64,000 bases of DNA from an uncultured Planctomycetota bacterium. Lineage in GTDB: Bacteria; Planctomycetota; Planctomycetia; Isosphaerales; Isosphaeraceae. Position numbers and translations under genes: made by a program. The stretch lies in the NCBI GenBank assembly GCA_963737655.1, contig CAVTTN010000002.1:4992001-5056000 (forward strand), in the 5' to 3' direction. Positions 42,362 to 54,849 of this stretch are shown piece after piece. Under the pieces are notes generated by a model. That model saw only the letters and a program-made list of their open reading frames with translations. It searched no databases and was not told the origin of the DNA. Each line of letters opens with the position of its first letter. The first letter of the stretch is position 1.

Positions 42362-43747
42362 TCAGATATGAACCGACTCTCCCAGGCCCTGCCCGGCGGC
42401 TTCCATGATCGATTCGGAATACGTCGGGTGCGGGTGCATGGCGTGGATGATCTCCTCCTCGGTCGCTTCGAGCTTCTTGGCCATCACGAGCTCGGCGATC
42501 AGCTCGGTGGCCTGCGACCCGAGGAGGTGGGCCCCCAGCAGTTCGCCGTGCTTCTTGTCGAAGATCAGCTTGACGAACCCCTCGGTCTCGTCGGCCGCCT
42601 GGGCCCGCCCGCTGGCGAGGAACGGGAACTTGCCGATGCGGATGTCCAGGCCCTTCTCCCTCGCCGCCTTCTCGGTGAGTCCCACGCTGGCCACGCCCGG
42701 GTCGGTGTAGGTGCATCCCGGGATCGTGGTGTAATCGACCTGCCGGTCGGCGTGGCCACACAGGCGCTCGACGCAGGCGATCGCCTCGTGATGGGCCACG
42801 TGGGCCAGCCACGGAGGGCCGATCACGTCGCCCACGGCGTAGATGCCCTTCGCCGTCGTCGCATAGCCGTTGGTGGGGTCGGCCTTGATGTGACCCTTGA
42901 ACAATTCGACGCCGAGCTTGTCGTCGAACAGCCCCTCCACGTTGGCGAGGACGCCGATCGACACGAGCATGACCTCGGCCTCGATCGTCCGCGGGCCCTG
43001 GGGCGTCTCGACCTCCACCTTCACGCCGTCCGGCCCCTTGGTCACCTTGCCGGTCTTCGACTTCGTGAGGATCTCGATGCCCCGCTTCGCCAAAGATTTC
43101 TCCAGGCCGGCGGAGACCTCCTCGTCCTCGCCGGGGAGGATGCGGTCGAGGAGCTCGACCAGGGTGACCTTCGTGCCGATCGCGTTGTAAAAGTAGCCGA
43201 ATTCCAGTCCGATCGGCCCCCCGCCGATGATCAGCATCGACTTGGGCTGCGTCGGCAGGCTCATGGCCTCCTTGTAGGAGATGATCTGCGTGCCGTCGAA
43301 CTCCGCGCCGGGCAGGGGGCGGGGCCGGACGCCGGTGGCCACCAGGATGTTCTCGGCCGTGACGGTCTCGCCGCCGACCTGGACGGTGTTCGGCTTGACG
43401 ACCTTCGCCGTGCCGAACTTCGAGCCCACCTTGTACTTGCGGAACAGCCCCTCGATCCCCTTGTTCAGGTTCGAGGCCACCCCGCGGCTCCGGGCGATCA
43501 TCTGGCCGAAGTCCCAGGAGGACTGGCCCGACCAGCCGAAATTCTTGCCGTGGCGGTTGATCAGCTCGACGAGGTGGGCGTTGGTGAGCAGGGCCTTGGT
43601 GGGGATGCAGCCCCAGTTCAGGCAGATCCCGCCGAGCTTGTCCTTCTCCACGCAAAGGGTCTTCTTGCCGAGCTGCGCCGCCCGGATCGCCGCCGCGTAA
43701 CCGGCGGGCCCTCCGCCGATCACGATCAGGTCAAAGTCGTAGGCCAT
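42362..43747 (-). CDS. lpdA: Dihydrolipoamide dehydrogenase E3 (pdh operon)
   Basis: IGGGPAGY, GGICLNWGCIPTK, GGGPIGLE, HPHPTYSE. Confidence 0.97.
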   Translation of the reverse strand: MAYDFDLIVIGGGPAGYAAAIRAAQLGKKTLCVEKDKLGGICLNWGCIPTKALLTNAHLVELINRHGKNFGWSGQSSWDFGQMIARSRGVASNLNKGIEGLFRKYKVGSKFGTAKVVKPNTVQVGGETVTAENILVATGVRPRPLPGAEFDGTQIISYKEAMSLPTQPKSMLIIGGGPIGLEFGYFYNAIGTKVTLVELLDRILPGEDEEVSAGLEKSLAKRGIEILTKSKTGKVTKGPDGVKVEVETPQGPRTIEAEVMLVSIGVLANVEGLFDDKLGVELFKGHIKADPTNGYATTAKGIYAVGDVIGPPWLAHVAHHEAIACVERLCGHADRQVDYTTIPGCTYTDPGVASVGLTEKAAREKGLDIRIGKFPFLASGRAQAADETEGFVKLIFDKKHGELLGAHLLGSQATELIAELVMAKKLEATEEEIIHAMHPHPTYSESIMEAAGQGLGESVHI

Positions 43748-43770
43748 CGGATCTCTCAACGGATGAGGAA

Positions 43771-43852
43771 AATCGATCCGCCGATGACGCCGATTTCCGC
43801 AGATTAAATCATGAATTTATCTGCGGAAATCGGCGTCATCGGCGGATCGATT
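43771..43852. repeat. Palindromic element of CGCCGAT/CGCAGAT units (34-bp perfect arms)
   Basis: 43771-43804/43819-43852; shares CGATCCGCCGATGACGCCGAT with the outer arms at 22904. Confidence 0.9.
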
Positions 43853-43858
43853 CTTGTC

Positions 43859-45172
43859 TTAGAGAAGCATGGACGCCGGCTCTTCGAGCAGGCCCTTCAG
43901 GGTGCGGAGGAACTCGGCGGCCATCGCGCCGTCGACGGCCCGGTGGTCGGCCGTCAGGGTGACGGTCATCACGGTCCCGACCACGAGCGCATCCCCTTCG
44001 ACCACGGGCCTCTTCTCGGCGGCGCCGACGGCGAGGATGCCGACCTCGGGCTGGTTCAGGATCGCGTCGAACTCGCGGACGCCGTACATCCCCAGGTTCG
44101 AGATCGTGAACGTCCCGCCCATCATCTGCGCGGGCGTGAGCTTGTTCGCCCGGGCGGCCGAGACGATGGCCTCGGTGCCGGTGCGGATGTCGCGGAGGCC
44201 CAGGGCGTCGGCGTTTTTGAGCACAGGGACGATCAGGCCGCCGTCCAGGGCCACGGCGATCCCGACGTTGACCTCGCCGTGCTCGACGATCGCGTCGCTC
44301 TCGTAGCTGGCGTTCACCCCGGGATGCTTGCGGAGGGCCAGCGCCACGGCCTTCGTCACGAAGTCGCCCATCGAGAGCTTGATCTTCTCGGGGGCGAGTT
44401 GCTTGTTCAGGGCCTCGCGGATCGCCGACGCCTGATCGACGCGGATATCCACCGTGACGTGGATCTCGGGCGCGGCCTGCTTGGACTTGACCATCCGGTC
44501 GGCGATCGTCTTGCGCATCCGGGAGTGCGGAATCCGTCGCGATTCGCGGGTCGCGGCCAGAGGGGCGGCGGTCGCTGGCGAGGAGGACGGCGAGGCCGAG
44601 GGCTTCGCGGCGGGGGCGCTCTTGAGGAACGCCTCGACGTCGGCGCGGATGATCCGGCCGCTGGGGCCCGAGCCGGGGACCTCGGCCAGCTCGATCCCGG
44701 CCTCCTTGGCGACCTTCCGGGCCAGGGGGGTGGACTTCACCCGGCCTCCGGGGGCCACCGTCGCCGCGGCCGGGGTCGCCGAGTGGCCGCCGTGCCCATT
44801 GGCGCCGGAGTGGCCGTCGCCGGCCGGGGGGCGGTTGGGCGCGTTGGTCTGCTCCTGCGAGTCGAAGTCCTGCCGGACCGCGACCGAAGGCGTGCCGCCG
44901 CCGGAGGCTTTGGCCAGCTTCGACGGGTCTTCCCCCTTCTTCGCCAGGACCAGGACGGTCTGGCCGAGGGCGACCTCCTCGCCTTCCTTCACGTCGAGGC
45001 TGGCGACGGTCCCCTCGTCGAAGGACTCCATGTTCATCGTCGCCTTGTCGGTCTCGACCTCGGCGAGGACCTGCCCTTCCTTGATCTTGTCGCCGACCTT
45101 CACCATCCACTTGACCACCCGGCCCGTCTCCATCGTGGGGCTGAGCTTGGCCAACTTCACTTCGATCGGCAC
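43859..45172 (-). CDS. pdhC: Pyruvate dehydrogenase E2 (dihydrolipoamide acetyltransferase)
   Basis: GTG with GGAGG RBS; LSPTMETG, ETDKATM, GSGPSGRI, FTISNLGMYG, ADHRAVDG. Confidence 0.96.
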   Translation of the reverse strand: MPIEVKLAKLSPTMETGRVVKWMVKVGDKIKEGQVLAEVETDKATMNMESFDEGTVASLDVKEGEEVALGQTVLVLAKKGEDPSKLAKASGGGTPSVAVRQDFDSQEQTNAPNRPPAGDGHSGANGHGGHSATPAAATVAPGGRVKSTPLARKVAKEAGIELAEVPGSGPSGRIIRADVEAFLKSAPAAKPSASPSSSPATAAPLAATRESRRIPHSRMRKTIADRMVKSKQAAPEIHVTVDIRVDQASAIREALNKQLAPEKIKLSMGDFVTKAVALALRKHPGVNASYESDAIVEHGEVNVGIAVALDGGLIVPVLKNADALGLRDIRTGTEAIVSAARANKLTPAQMMGGTFTISNLGMYGVREFDAILNQPEVGILAVGAAEKRPVVEGDALVVGTVMTVTLTADHRAVDGAMAAEFLRTLKGLLEEPASMLL

Positions 45173-45187
45173 GAGGGGAGCCTCCAC

Positions 45188-45290
45188 GTAGGGTGCATGA
45201 AATGCACCGATCTGGCCAACATCGGGGCGGGCGAGGCCCGCATTCCGATCGAAGAATCAAATCCAAGATGGTGCATTTCATGCACCTTAC
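45188..45290. repeat. GTAG REP doublet between pdhB and pdhC
   Basis: 45188-45208 (+) and 45270-45290 (-, GTAA tag). Confidence 0.92.
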
Positions 45291-46267
45291 TTGTACAAAA
45301 CGTCCTTCACCGCCGCCGCGACCCGATCGACGCTCGGCAGGACGCTGGCCTCCAGCGCTCGATTATAGGGGATCGGCACGTCCTTGGACGCGACCCGGCG
45401 GATCGGGGCGTCGAGCTCGTCGAACGCGGCGTTGTAGATCCGGTCGGAGACGCCCGCGCCGATCCCGCAATACGGCCAGTCTTCCTCGACGATCACCGCC
45501 CGGTGGGTCTTCACGATCGACTTGAGGATCGTTTCGAGGTCCAGGGGGCGGAGGGTCCTCAGGTCGATGACCTCGGCGCTGATGCCCTCCTCGGCGAGCT
45601 TGTCGGCGGCCTTGAGGCTGGTCAGCAGCGACCGGGAATAGGTCAGGATGGTGACGTCGGAGCCTTCTCGCTTGACGTCGGCCTTGCCGATCGGGACGAG
45701 GAACTCGGGGTCGTCGGGCACCTCCCCCTTCTCGGCCAGGAGGTTCTCGTGTTCGAGGAACACGACCGGGTCATCCGAGCGGATGGCGGCCTTGAGCATC
45801 CCCTTGGCGTCGGCGGCCGTCGCGGGCATCATCACGGTGAGGCCCGGGATGTGGCTGTACAGGGCCTCGGGCCGGTGCGAGTGGGTGGCGCCGAGGCAGC
45901 CGGCGATCCCGGAGTTGCCCCGGAAGACGATCGGCACGGCGAACTGGCCGCCGCTCATGTAGCGCATGTTGGCGGCGTTGTTGACGAGCTGGTCGAAGGC
46001 CACGTAGCTGAAGCTGAAGGTCATGAACTCGACGATCGGGCGGAGCCCGACCATCGCGGCGCCGATGCCGATGCCGGCGAACCCGTTCTCGGAGATGGGG
46101 GTGTCGATGATCCGGCGGGGTCCGAAGCGGTCGAGCATGCCCTGGGAGACCTTGTAGGCGCCGTTGTATTCGGCGACCTCCTCGCCCATGAGGAACACGC
46201 GGTCGTCCCGCTCCATCTCCTCGGTCATCGCGGCCCGGAGCGCCTCGCGATAGGTCAGTTCGGCCAT
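45287..46267 (-). CDS. pdhB: Pyruvate dehydrogenase E1 beta
   Basis: MGEEVAEYNGAYKV, DTPISE, RPIVEFMTF, IDLRTLRPLD. Confidence 0.97.
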   Translation of the reverse strand: MAELTYREALRAAMTEEMERDDRVFLMGEEVAEYNGAYKVSQGMLDRFGPRRIIDTPISENGFAGIGIGAAMVGLRPIVEFMTFSFSYVAFDQLVNNAANMRYMSGGQFAVPIVFRGNSGIAGCLGATHSHRPEALYSHIPGLTVMMPATAADAKGMLKAAIRSDDPVVFLEHENLLAEKGEVPDDPEFLVPIGKADVKREGSDVTILTYSRSLLTSLKAADKLAEEGISAEVIDLRTLRPLDLETILKSIVKTHRAVIVEEDWPYCGIGAGVSDRIYNAAFDELDAPIRRVASKDVPIPYNRALEASVLPSVDRVAAAVKDVLYK

Positions 46268-46277
46268 GATCTCGGGA

Positions 46278-47287
46278 TCACTCCTGGGGGATGTACGGGG
46301 CCACGCTGATGTCTTCGTACTCGGCGCCGAGGGTCGGCTCGGGGGCGTTCTCGGCGAACTCGATGGCCTCGTCGATCTCGGCCTTGATCTTCTCGTGCAT
46401 CTCCTCGAGGCCCGATTCGTCGATCCAGCCGCGCTCCTTGAGCGTGGATTCGTAGAGGACGATGGGGTCGCGCTCCTTGGCCTTCTCGGCCTCTTCCTTG
46501 GAGCGGTACTTCATCGGGTCGCTCATGGAGTGGCCGCGGAACCGGTAGGTCTTGGCCTCGATGAACGTGGGGCCCTCGCCGGCCCGGCGCGGCTGGCGGC
46601 GTCGAGCGTGGTCTTGGCGACGAGCTCGATGTCGTTGGCGTCGATCGACAGGCCGGGCATCCCGTAGGCCGTCCCGCCCCGGATGGTCAGGTCGGTCAGG
46701 CAGGAGTGGCGGTGGAGGTGGGTGCCCATGGACATCCCGTTATTCTCCACCACGTAGATCACCGGCAGCTTCCAGAGGCTGGCCATGTTGAAGGCCTCGT
46801 GCAACGCGCCCTGGTCCATGGCGCCGTCGCCGAAGTAGCAGATCGTGACCTTGCCGTCGCCGCGATACTGGCTGGCGAAGGCCACGCCGGCGGCCAGGGG
46901 GAGGTGGCTGCCGACGATGGCATGGCCGCCCAGGAACCCCTTGTCCACGTCGAAGAAGTGCATCGACCCGCCCTTGCCCTTGGAGCAGCCGGGGGCCTTG
47001 CCCAGCTGCTCGCTCATGGCGAGCTTCGGGTCCATCCCCCGGGCCAGGGCGTGGCCGTGGTCCCGGTAGGCGGTGATCACGTAATCATCTTCATGAAGGG
47101 CGCCGATCGAGCCGACGGCGACCGCTTCCTGGCCGCTGTAGAGGTGGCAGAACCCGCCGATCTTCTGGTTCTGGTAGAGCATGGCCGAGCGCTCTTCGAA
47201 GCGGCGGATCAACAGCATCTGCCGGAGCCAGCCCAGCGCCTGGTTGCGGGATACGATCGGCTTGGCCTCGGTTTGCGCTTGAGCCAT
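46278..47287 (-). CDS. pdhA: Pyruvate dehydrogenase E1 alpha; frameshift near 46585
   Basis: IRRFEE, GGFCHLYSGQEA, GKGGSMH, GDGA..ENN ThDP motif; TYRFRGHSMSDP in second frame. Confidence 0.95.
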
Positions 47288-47529
47288 CGAGTCCGTCTCC
47301 TGAAGGATGGCGGGGGCGGACGGCCGTCGGGGCTCGGCGGCCGTCGCGGGGGGCTGTCTCGGCGAGGGCGGAGGGTCGGCTCGGTCGGTCGGGGGCCCGA
47401 CCCGGGGCGGCACCGGCTCGCGAGGGGGAGGGCCTCCGAGGTCCGGCTTGCCCAGGAACCGCATTATCTTACCCAAAAGCCGTGACAAGAGGAATGGGGG
47501 CTCGGCGGGGTGCGGTCCATCGGGTCGGA

Positions 47530-47844
47530 TCATGAGACGGGCGTGATTTTGTAGGCCACGACCGCATCGTCCTCGTCGTTGGAGTTCCAGAACAGGAGAT
47601 ACCGCTTCTTCCGGTCGCCGGGGAACTCGAACTCGAGGTCGAGGGTGCGCTTCTTCTCGAACCAGTCGATTTTGACGTCTTCCCCGGTGTCGCTCTCCTC
47701 GAACTCCTCCAACTGCTCGGAATCGACGACTGCAATGTCGATCCTCTGATTGGAGGCGACCTCGATGAACACCTTGCGGTACTTCGGGTCCAGGACCACC
47801 TGATACGAGTCGAGGTATTCGAGGTCTTCGGCGAGTTGGATCAT
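47530..47844 (-). CDS. Small acidic hypothetical protein
   Basis: 104 aa, ATGA overlap with the upstream gene, beta-rich natural composition. Confidence 0.7.
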   Translation of the reverse strand: MIQLAEDLEYLDSYQVVLDPKYRKVFIEVASNQRIDIAVVDSEQLEEFEESDTGEDVKIDWFEKKRTLDLEFEFPGDRKKRYLLFWNSNDEDDAVVAYKITPVS

Positions 47845-48454
47845 GGGGACGAACTCCCAGACGCTTCCGGCCCCGGTCCGGCCGGTGGCGGCTCCGGAGC
47901 GGAGCCACTGGTGTTGGTCACTCTCGTTTTCTTCTTCTTCGGCCCTTCCCTGGTCTTCTTCTTACCTGCGGTCTTCTTGGCGGCGGAGACGGCCGCCGCC
48001 GTCTCGCCTGCGATCCCTTCCGTGAGGTGCGTCTCGCGCAGCTCGTCCCTCAAGGGGAATTCCGGGGTCGCGGCGAGGATCTGGTCGTATTTCTCGGCCG
48101 CATCGCGGGGGGTGTCCAAACCTTGCCTCAATCGATGCGCGAGCGACCGGAGCCGGGCCGCCTTGTCGCGATGCCAACGCCCCCTCTGGGACAGCCTCAG
48201 GCGGCTGACCACGACGATCGCCGCCCCGGGGATCACCGACGAGAGGATGGCCACCGCGTCTTTCCTCAGCAGGTCAAACGCCAGTAAGATGCTCACGAGG
48301 AACCCCGTGAGGATGGCCACGAGCGTGAGGAAGTCCGAGGCCGAGTCGTAGAGCCAGCACCAGATGCCTTGCCACCGGGCGTGCCGATCCAGTCGCTCCT
48401 GCAGATCACTCATCCGGGAAGGATCGCTCCCGATCGGATTTGTGATGCCCTGGC

Positions 48455-48458
<4 letters not shown>
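47841..48458 (-). CDS. Two-TM hypothetical protein (SLATT-like) with Lys-rich tail
   Basis: ATGA overlap with acnA stop (alternative start 48413); two TM helices then [15 protein letters not shown] helix. Confidence 0.6.
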
Positions 48459-51293
<2,835 letters not shown>

Positions 51294-51392
51294 GGAATCG
51301 GGCCCAGATAAGGGGACGGAGACGGAGCCAGGGAAGGCCCCAATATAACGGCGAGGCGGGGCCGAGGGTAGGTCGGCCCGCCTCGGCCATTC

Positions 51393-51786
51393 GAGTGCAT
51401 GAAATGCACTCATGTCGGGCGCATGAAATGCACCATCTCCTCTTGTTTTCCCCTTCTCTTCTTCTCCCGCCAGGCTGGTGGGAAGGACGGAAGGGGAAAG
51501 GGAGCGAAGATGGTGCATTTCATGCACCCTACGTCCATGAAATCCACTTGCGTAGGGTGCATGAAATGCACCATCTGCGCTCCTCTTCTTCTCCCGCCAG
51601 GCTGGCGGGAAGGACGGAAGGGGAAAGGGAGCGAAGATGGTGCATTTCATGCACCCTACGTCCATGAAATCCACTTGCGTAGGGTGCATGAAATGCACCA
51701 TCTGCGCTCCTCTTCTTCTCCCGCCAGGCTGGCGGGAAGGACGGAAGGGGAAAGGGAGCGAAGATGGTGCATTTCATGCACCCTAC
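51393..51786. repeat. BIME-like tandem array of GTAG REP doublets, 127-bp period
   Basis: Forward copies 51393 (variant), 51414, 51552, 51679; reverse copies 51512, 51639, 51766; last two units identical. Confidence 0.95.
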
Positions 51787-52409
51787 TTGGTTCGGATGAT
51801 ATAAACGCGGGTCGCCGGAACCGTCGAATAGGCGCCGAGAGACCCCGGCCTCGCGCCGAGCGACAGGTTCTGATTGGCGATCGCCGACTGGATCGCGATC
51901 GGGGTGATCCCCGAGGCGAGGGTCATCGGGTTCAGGCCGTAGTTGAGATATCCCGTGCTATATCCGCCGGCGAACCCCGAGACGCCCAGCCCATACCCGC
52001 CGCCGAAGCCCAGCCCGCCATAGCCGCCGAACCCGGGATAACCGCCGTAGCCGAAGCCTCCGTAGCCGATCCCGGGATAGCCGTAGCCGCCATAACCCAG
52101 GCCGTAGCCGCCGTAACCGCCATAACCCAGGCCGTAGCCGCCGTAACCTCCGTAGCCCAGGCCATAGCCGTAGTAGCCCATCCCGCCATAGCCGCCGTAG
52201 CCCAGGCCATAGCCGCCGAGGCCCGGATAGCCGAAGCCTCCGTAGCCCATCCCGCCATAGCCCATCCCGCCGTAGCCCATCCCGCCGTAGCCCATCCGGC
52301 CGTAGCCCATCCCTCCGTAGCCGCCGTGCATCTGGGCGCGGGCGGTCCCGACGGTCAGGGCGAGGGAGATCAGGGTCAGGGCCGCGATGGAAATCCCGAT
52401 GCGCTTCAT
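51783..52409 (-). CDS. Secreted Gly/Tyr-rich low-complexity protein
   Basis: MKRIGISIAALTLISLALTVGTARA-Q signal peptide; >100 aa of GYGGM/GYGLGYGG repeats. Confidence 0.85.
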   Translation of the reverse strand: MKRIGISIAALTLISLALTVGTARAQMHGGYGGMGYGRMGYGGMGYGGMGYGGMGYGGFGYPGLGGYGLGYGGYGGMGYYGYGLGYGGYGGYGLGYGGYGGYGLGYGGYGYPGIGYGGFGYGGYPGFGGYGGLGFGGGYGLGVSGFAGGYSTGYLNYGLNPMTLASGITPIAIQSAIANQNLSLGARPGSLGAYSTVPATRVYIIRTK

Positions 52410-52566
52410 GGTCGGCCTCCCGGCGAGGGCCCCAGGAAGAGCAAAGCAACAAGGGCCGGGCCGACGTGCCCCCGCAGGCGCCGGGCTCGGATCACCCTCA
52501 TTGTAGGAGCGGAGCCCGGAGGAAATCCATCGCGCGAGGCTGGCCATCGCCTCGGCCGTCCCCGAC

Positions 52567-53070
52567 TCAGGAAAGCCACCACAACACGCCCATGACCATC
52601 AGAGGAAGCACGAAAATCGCGGCCACCATCACCCCGGACCCCGACCGTTGCGGGGGTTCGGGCCCGATCGGGGCGGGCTGGACCCGGTTGGTCAGCTCCT
52701 GGACCTGGCCCAGAGTCTCCAGCCAGCTCGCCACCACCCGGCTCGTCACGGGGGTCGGATCGGAGGCCGAGTCGAACGGGACGAGGTGGATCGTCCGGAG
52801 TTCGAAGTCGTCGTCGGTCGAATACGTCACGGTCAAACGACTCAGCCCAAACGGCTTGGAAAGCGCCGAGAACCGGCTGAGGCCCACGCCCTTGATCGCC
52901 GGGAACGGGATCTCGACCGCCCCGGGGCAATCCTCCAGGCAGAGCGAGCGGCCCGTCAGCCGCAGGCCCCCTTCGCCCTGATAAAGGCAGATGTACTTAC
53001 CCCAGAACGAGTTGGCATATTCGGCCGAGGCGTACAAGCACTTGCGTTGATAGCGGATCTCGTCGTTCAT
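52567..53070 (-). CDS. Hypothetical protein, PH-like N-domain with C-terminal TM anchor
   Basis: GGLRLTGRSL..EIPFPAIKGV pattern; hydrophobic C-terminus. Confidence 0.65.
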   Translation of the reverse strand: MNDEIRYQRKCLYASAEYANSFWGKYICLYQGEGGLRLTGRSLCLEDCPGAVEIPFPAIKGVGLSRFSALSKPFGLSRLTVTYSTDDDFELRTIHLVPFDSASDPTPVTSRVVASWLETLGQVQELTNRVQPAPIGPEPPQRSGSGVMVAAIFVLPLMVMGVLWWLS

Positions 53071-53154
53071 GAACGCTCCGGGAAGGGTCGCCGATCGCGA
53101 GCCAAAAGGGCTTCGCGTCCCGAGGACGAATCTTCTCCTCGAAGACTCCCGGCG

Positions 53155-54837
53155 TCATCGGTCGGCCCGCGGTCTCCTTCGCCAGAACCCCAGGGGGACC
53201 AATCCGATCGTCACGGCGGCGCAGGTCATCGGCAACGCGTCTCCCACTCGAAGATAAAGACTCGAACGATCGTCGAGCGGGACTCGGCCGCCGAGGACCC
53301 CCGAATGGGCCGGTTCGAGCGAGTCCACGATCCGGCCGTCGCCGTCGATGATGGCGGACATCCCCGTGTTCACCGACCGGGCCAGGGGCGCCCGGCATTC
53401 GACGGCCCGGAACACGCTGGCCGCCAGGTGGGTCCGGTGCTCGGCCGAGCCCCGGAACCAGCCGTCGTTGGTCAGGTTCACCAGGACGTCCGGCGGCCGT
53501 TGCCCCGGGATCGTGAACGCCCGGCGGACCAGGTCCGGCACCGTATCCTCAAAACAAATGATCGGGGCGAACCGCGTCCCGTCCACCTCGAAAATCGCCG
53601 GGGCCGCCCCGGAGGAGAGCCCGGGGACGTTCCCGTCCTCGAACGGCATGATCACCAGGAGCCAGGGCATGGCCTTCAGGAACGGGATGTACTCGCCGAA
53701 CGCCACCAACGATTGTTTGTGATAGCTCGCCGTCTCCCTTCGGCCCGGCTGGACGAGCAGGGCCGTGTTGTAGCGGTCCAGCTTCTTGAGGCCGAACTCA
53801 TACGTGACGGTCCCCACCAGGAACGGGACGTTCGCCAGTTCGGTCAGGCGATGGATCTCGGCGTCGGCGATCTTCTGGCGGACCCGCCATTCCCCCGGCT
53901 CCATGTCGCGGGCGAGGCCGCGGACCTGCCGGGCGAACTCGGTCCCTTCGAGGCCCGGCGCGATGTTCACAACCCCTTGCGGATACGACGATTCGGGCCA
54001 GACGACCAGGTCCGGGCGTTCCGGGTCTTCCAGGGCCCGCCGGGTCAGGCGAGCCACGGAGTCCATCACGTCCTGGAGCGACGGAGGGTTGTTCACCTCC
54101 TGGGCGAAATCGGTCTGGAGCAACGCAAGTCTCGGCCCCGGGCGGAATTTCGCCGTCGAGAGCCGGATTCCTCCATAAACCAGGACGCCCGCGAACGCGC
54201 CGCCGACCACCACCAGCCGCAAGAGCTGGCCCGGGAGCAGCTTGGGGCCGCGATCGGTCGGTCTCATCAGGGGCAGCGTGACGAGGTCCACCCAGAGGAC
54301 GTTCGCCGCCGCCATCAAGAGGCTGAGGCCCCAGGCGCCGGCCAGGTCGCTGGCCTGGATGATCGGCAGATATCGATATTGCGAATGGGCGAGGTAGTAC
54401 CAGGGCAACCCCGACAGGACGAACATTCGACCGTACTCGATGGCCAGCCAGACGATGGGCGCCGCGACGATCGCCGGGAGCTTCAGCCGGCCGACCGCGA
54501 TCCGGGCGATCCCCAGGAACATCGGCCAGCCCAGGGACAGGACGAAGACCATGCAACTCCACCCCAGAACGCTGGCCTGAGCCACCCAGAAAATCGCCAA
54601 CCCCCAGAAGGCCAGGCCGCCGAGCCAGGCCGCCCCGTACAGGAGGCGAGGCCGTCGCTCGCTTCGGATCAGCGCAAAGAACGGGGCCAGGGCGAACCAG
54701 GCCAGGAAGCCGTAATCGGCCGGCGGGAAGGCGAACCAGAACAGGACGGCCGACGCCACGGCCGGCACGACCGGGTTCGTGCCGGGGCGAGTCGAGGGCG
54801 GACTGGAGGCGTCCGGGGTCGGGGTCATCGGCTCCAT
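53155..54837 (-). CDS. lnt: Apolipoprotein N-acyltransferase
   Basis: GLPWYYLAHSQ, VWPESS, YHKQSLVAFGEYIP, ICFED, NLTNDGWF, RSVNTGMS. Confidence 0.95.
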   Translation of the reverse strand: MEPMTPTPDASSPPSTRPGTNPVVPAVASAVLFWFAFPPADYGFLAWFALAPFFALIRSERRPRLLYGAAWLGGLAFWGLAIFWVAQASVLGWSCMVFVLSLGWPMFLGIARIAVGRLKLPAIVAAPIVWLAIEYGRMFVLSGLPWYYLAHSQYRYLPIIQASDLAGAWGLSLLMAAANVLWVDLVTLPLMRPTDRGPKLLPGQLLRLVVVGGAFAGVLVYGGIRLSTAKFRPGPRLALLQTDFAQEVNNPPSLQDVMDSVARLTRRALEDPERPDLVVWPESSYPQGVVNIAPGLEGTEFARQVRGLARDMEPGEWRVRQKIADAEIHRLTELANVPFLVGTVTYEFGLKKLDRYNTALLVQPGRRETASYHKQSLVAFGEYIPFLKAMPWLLVIMPFEDGNVPGLSSGAAPAIFEVDGTRFAPIICFEDTVPDLVRRAFTIPGQRPPDVLVNLTNDGWFRGSAEHRTHLAASVFRAVECRAPLARSVNTGMSAIIDGDGRIVDSLEPAHSGVLGGRVPLDDRSSLYLRVGDALPMTCAAVTIGLVPLGFWRRRPRADR

Positions 54838-54849
54838 CCTCTGGTCCCT

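Noticed and set aside
51393..51786. CRISPR array
   Set aside because: Repeats alternate in orientation, the spacers are identical rather than unique, and no cas genes are present.
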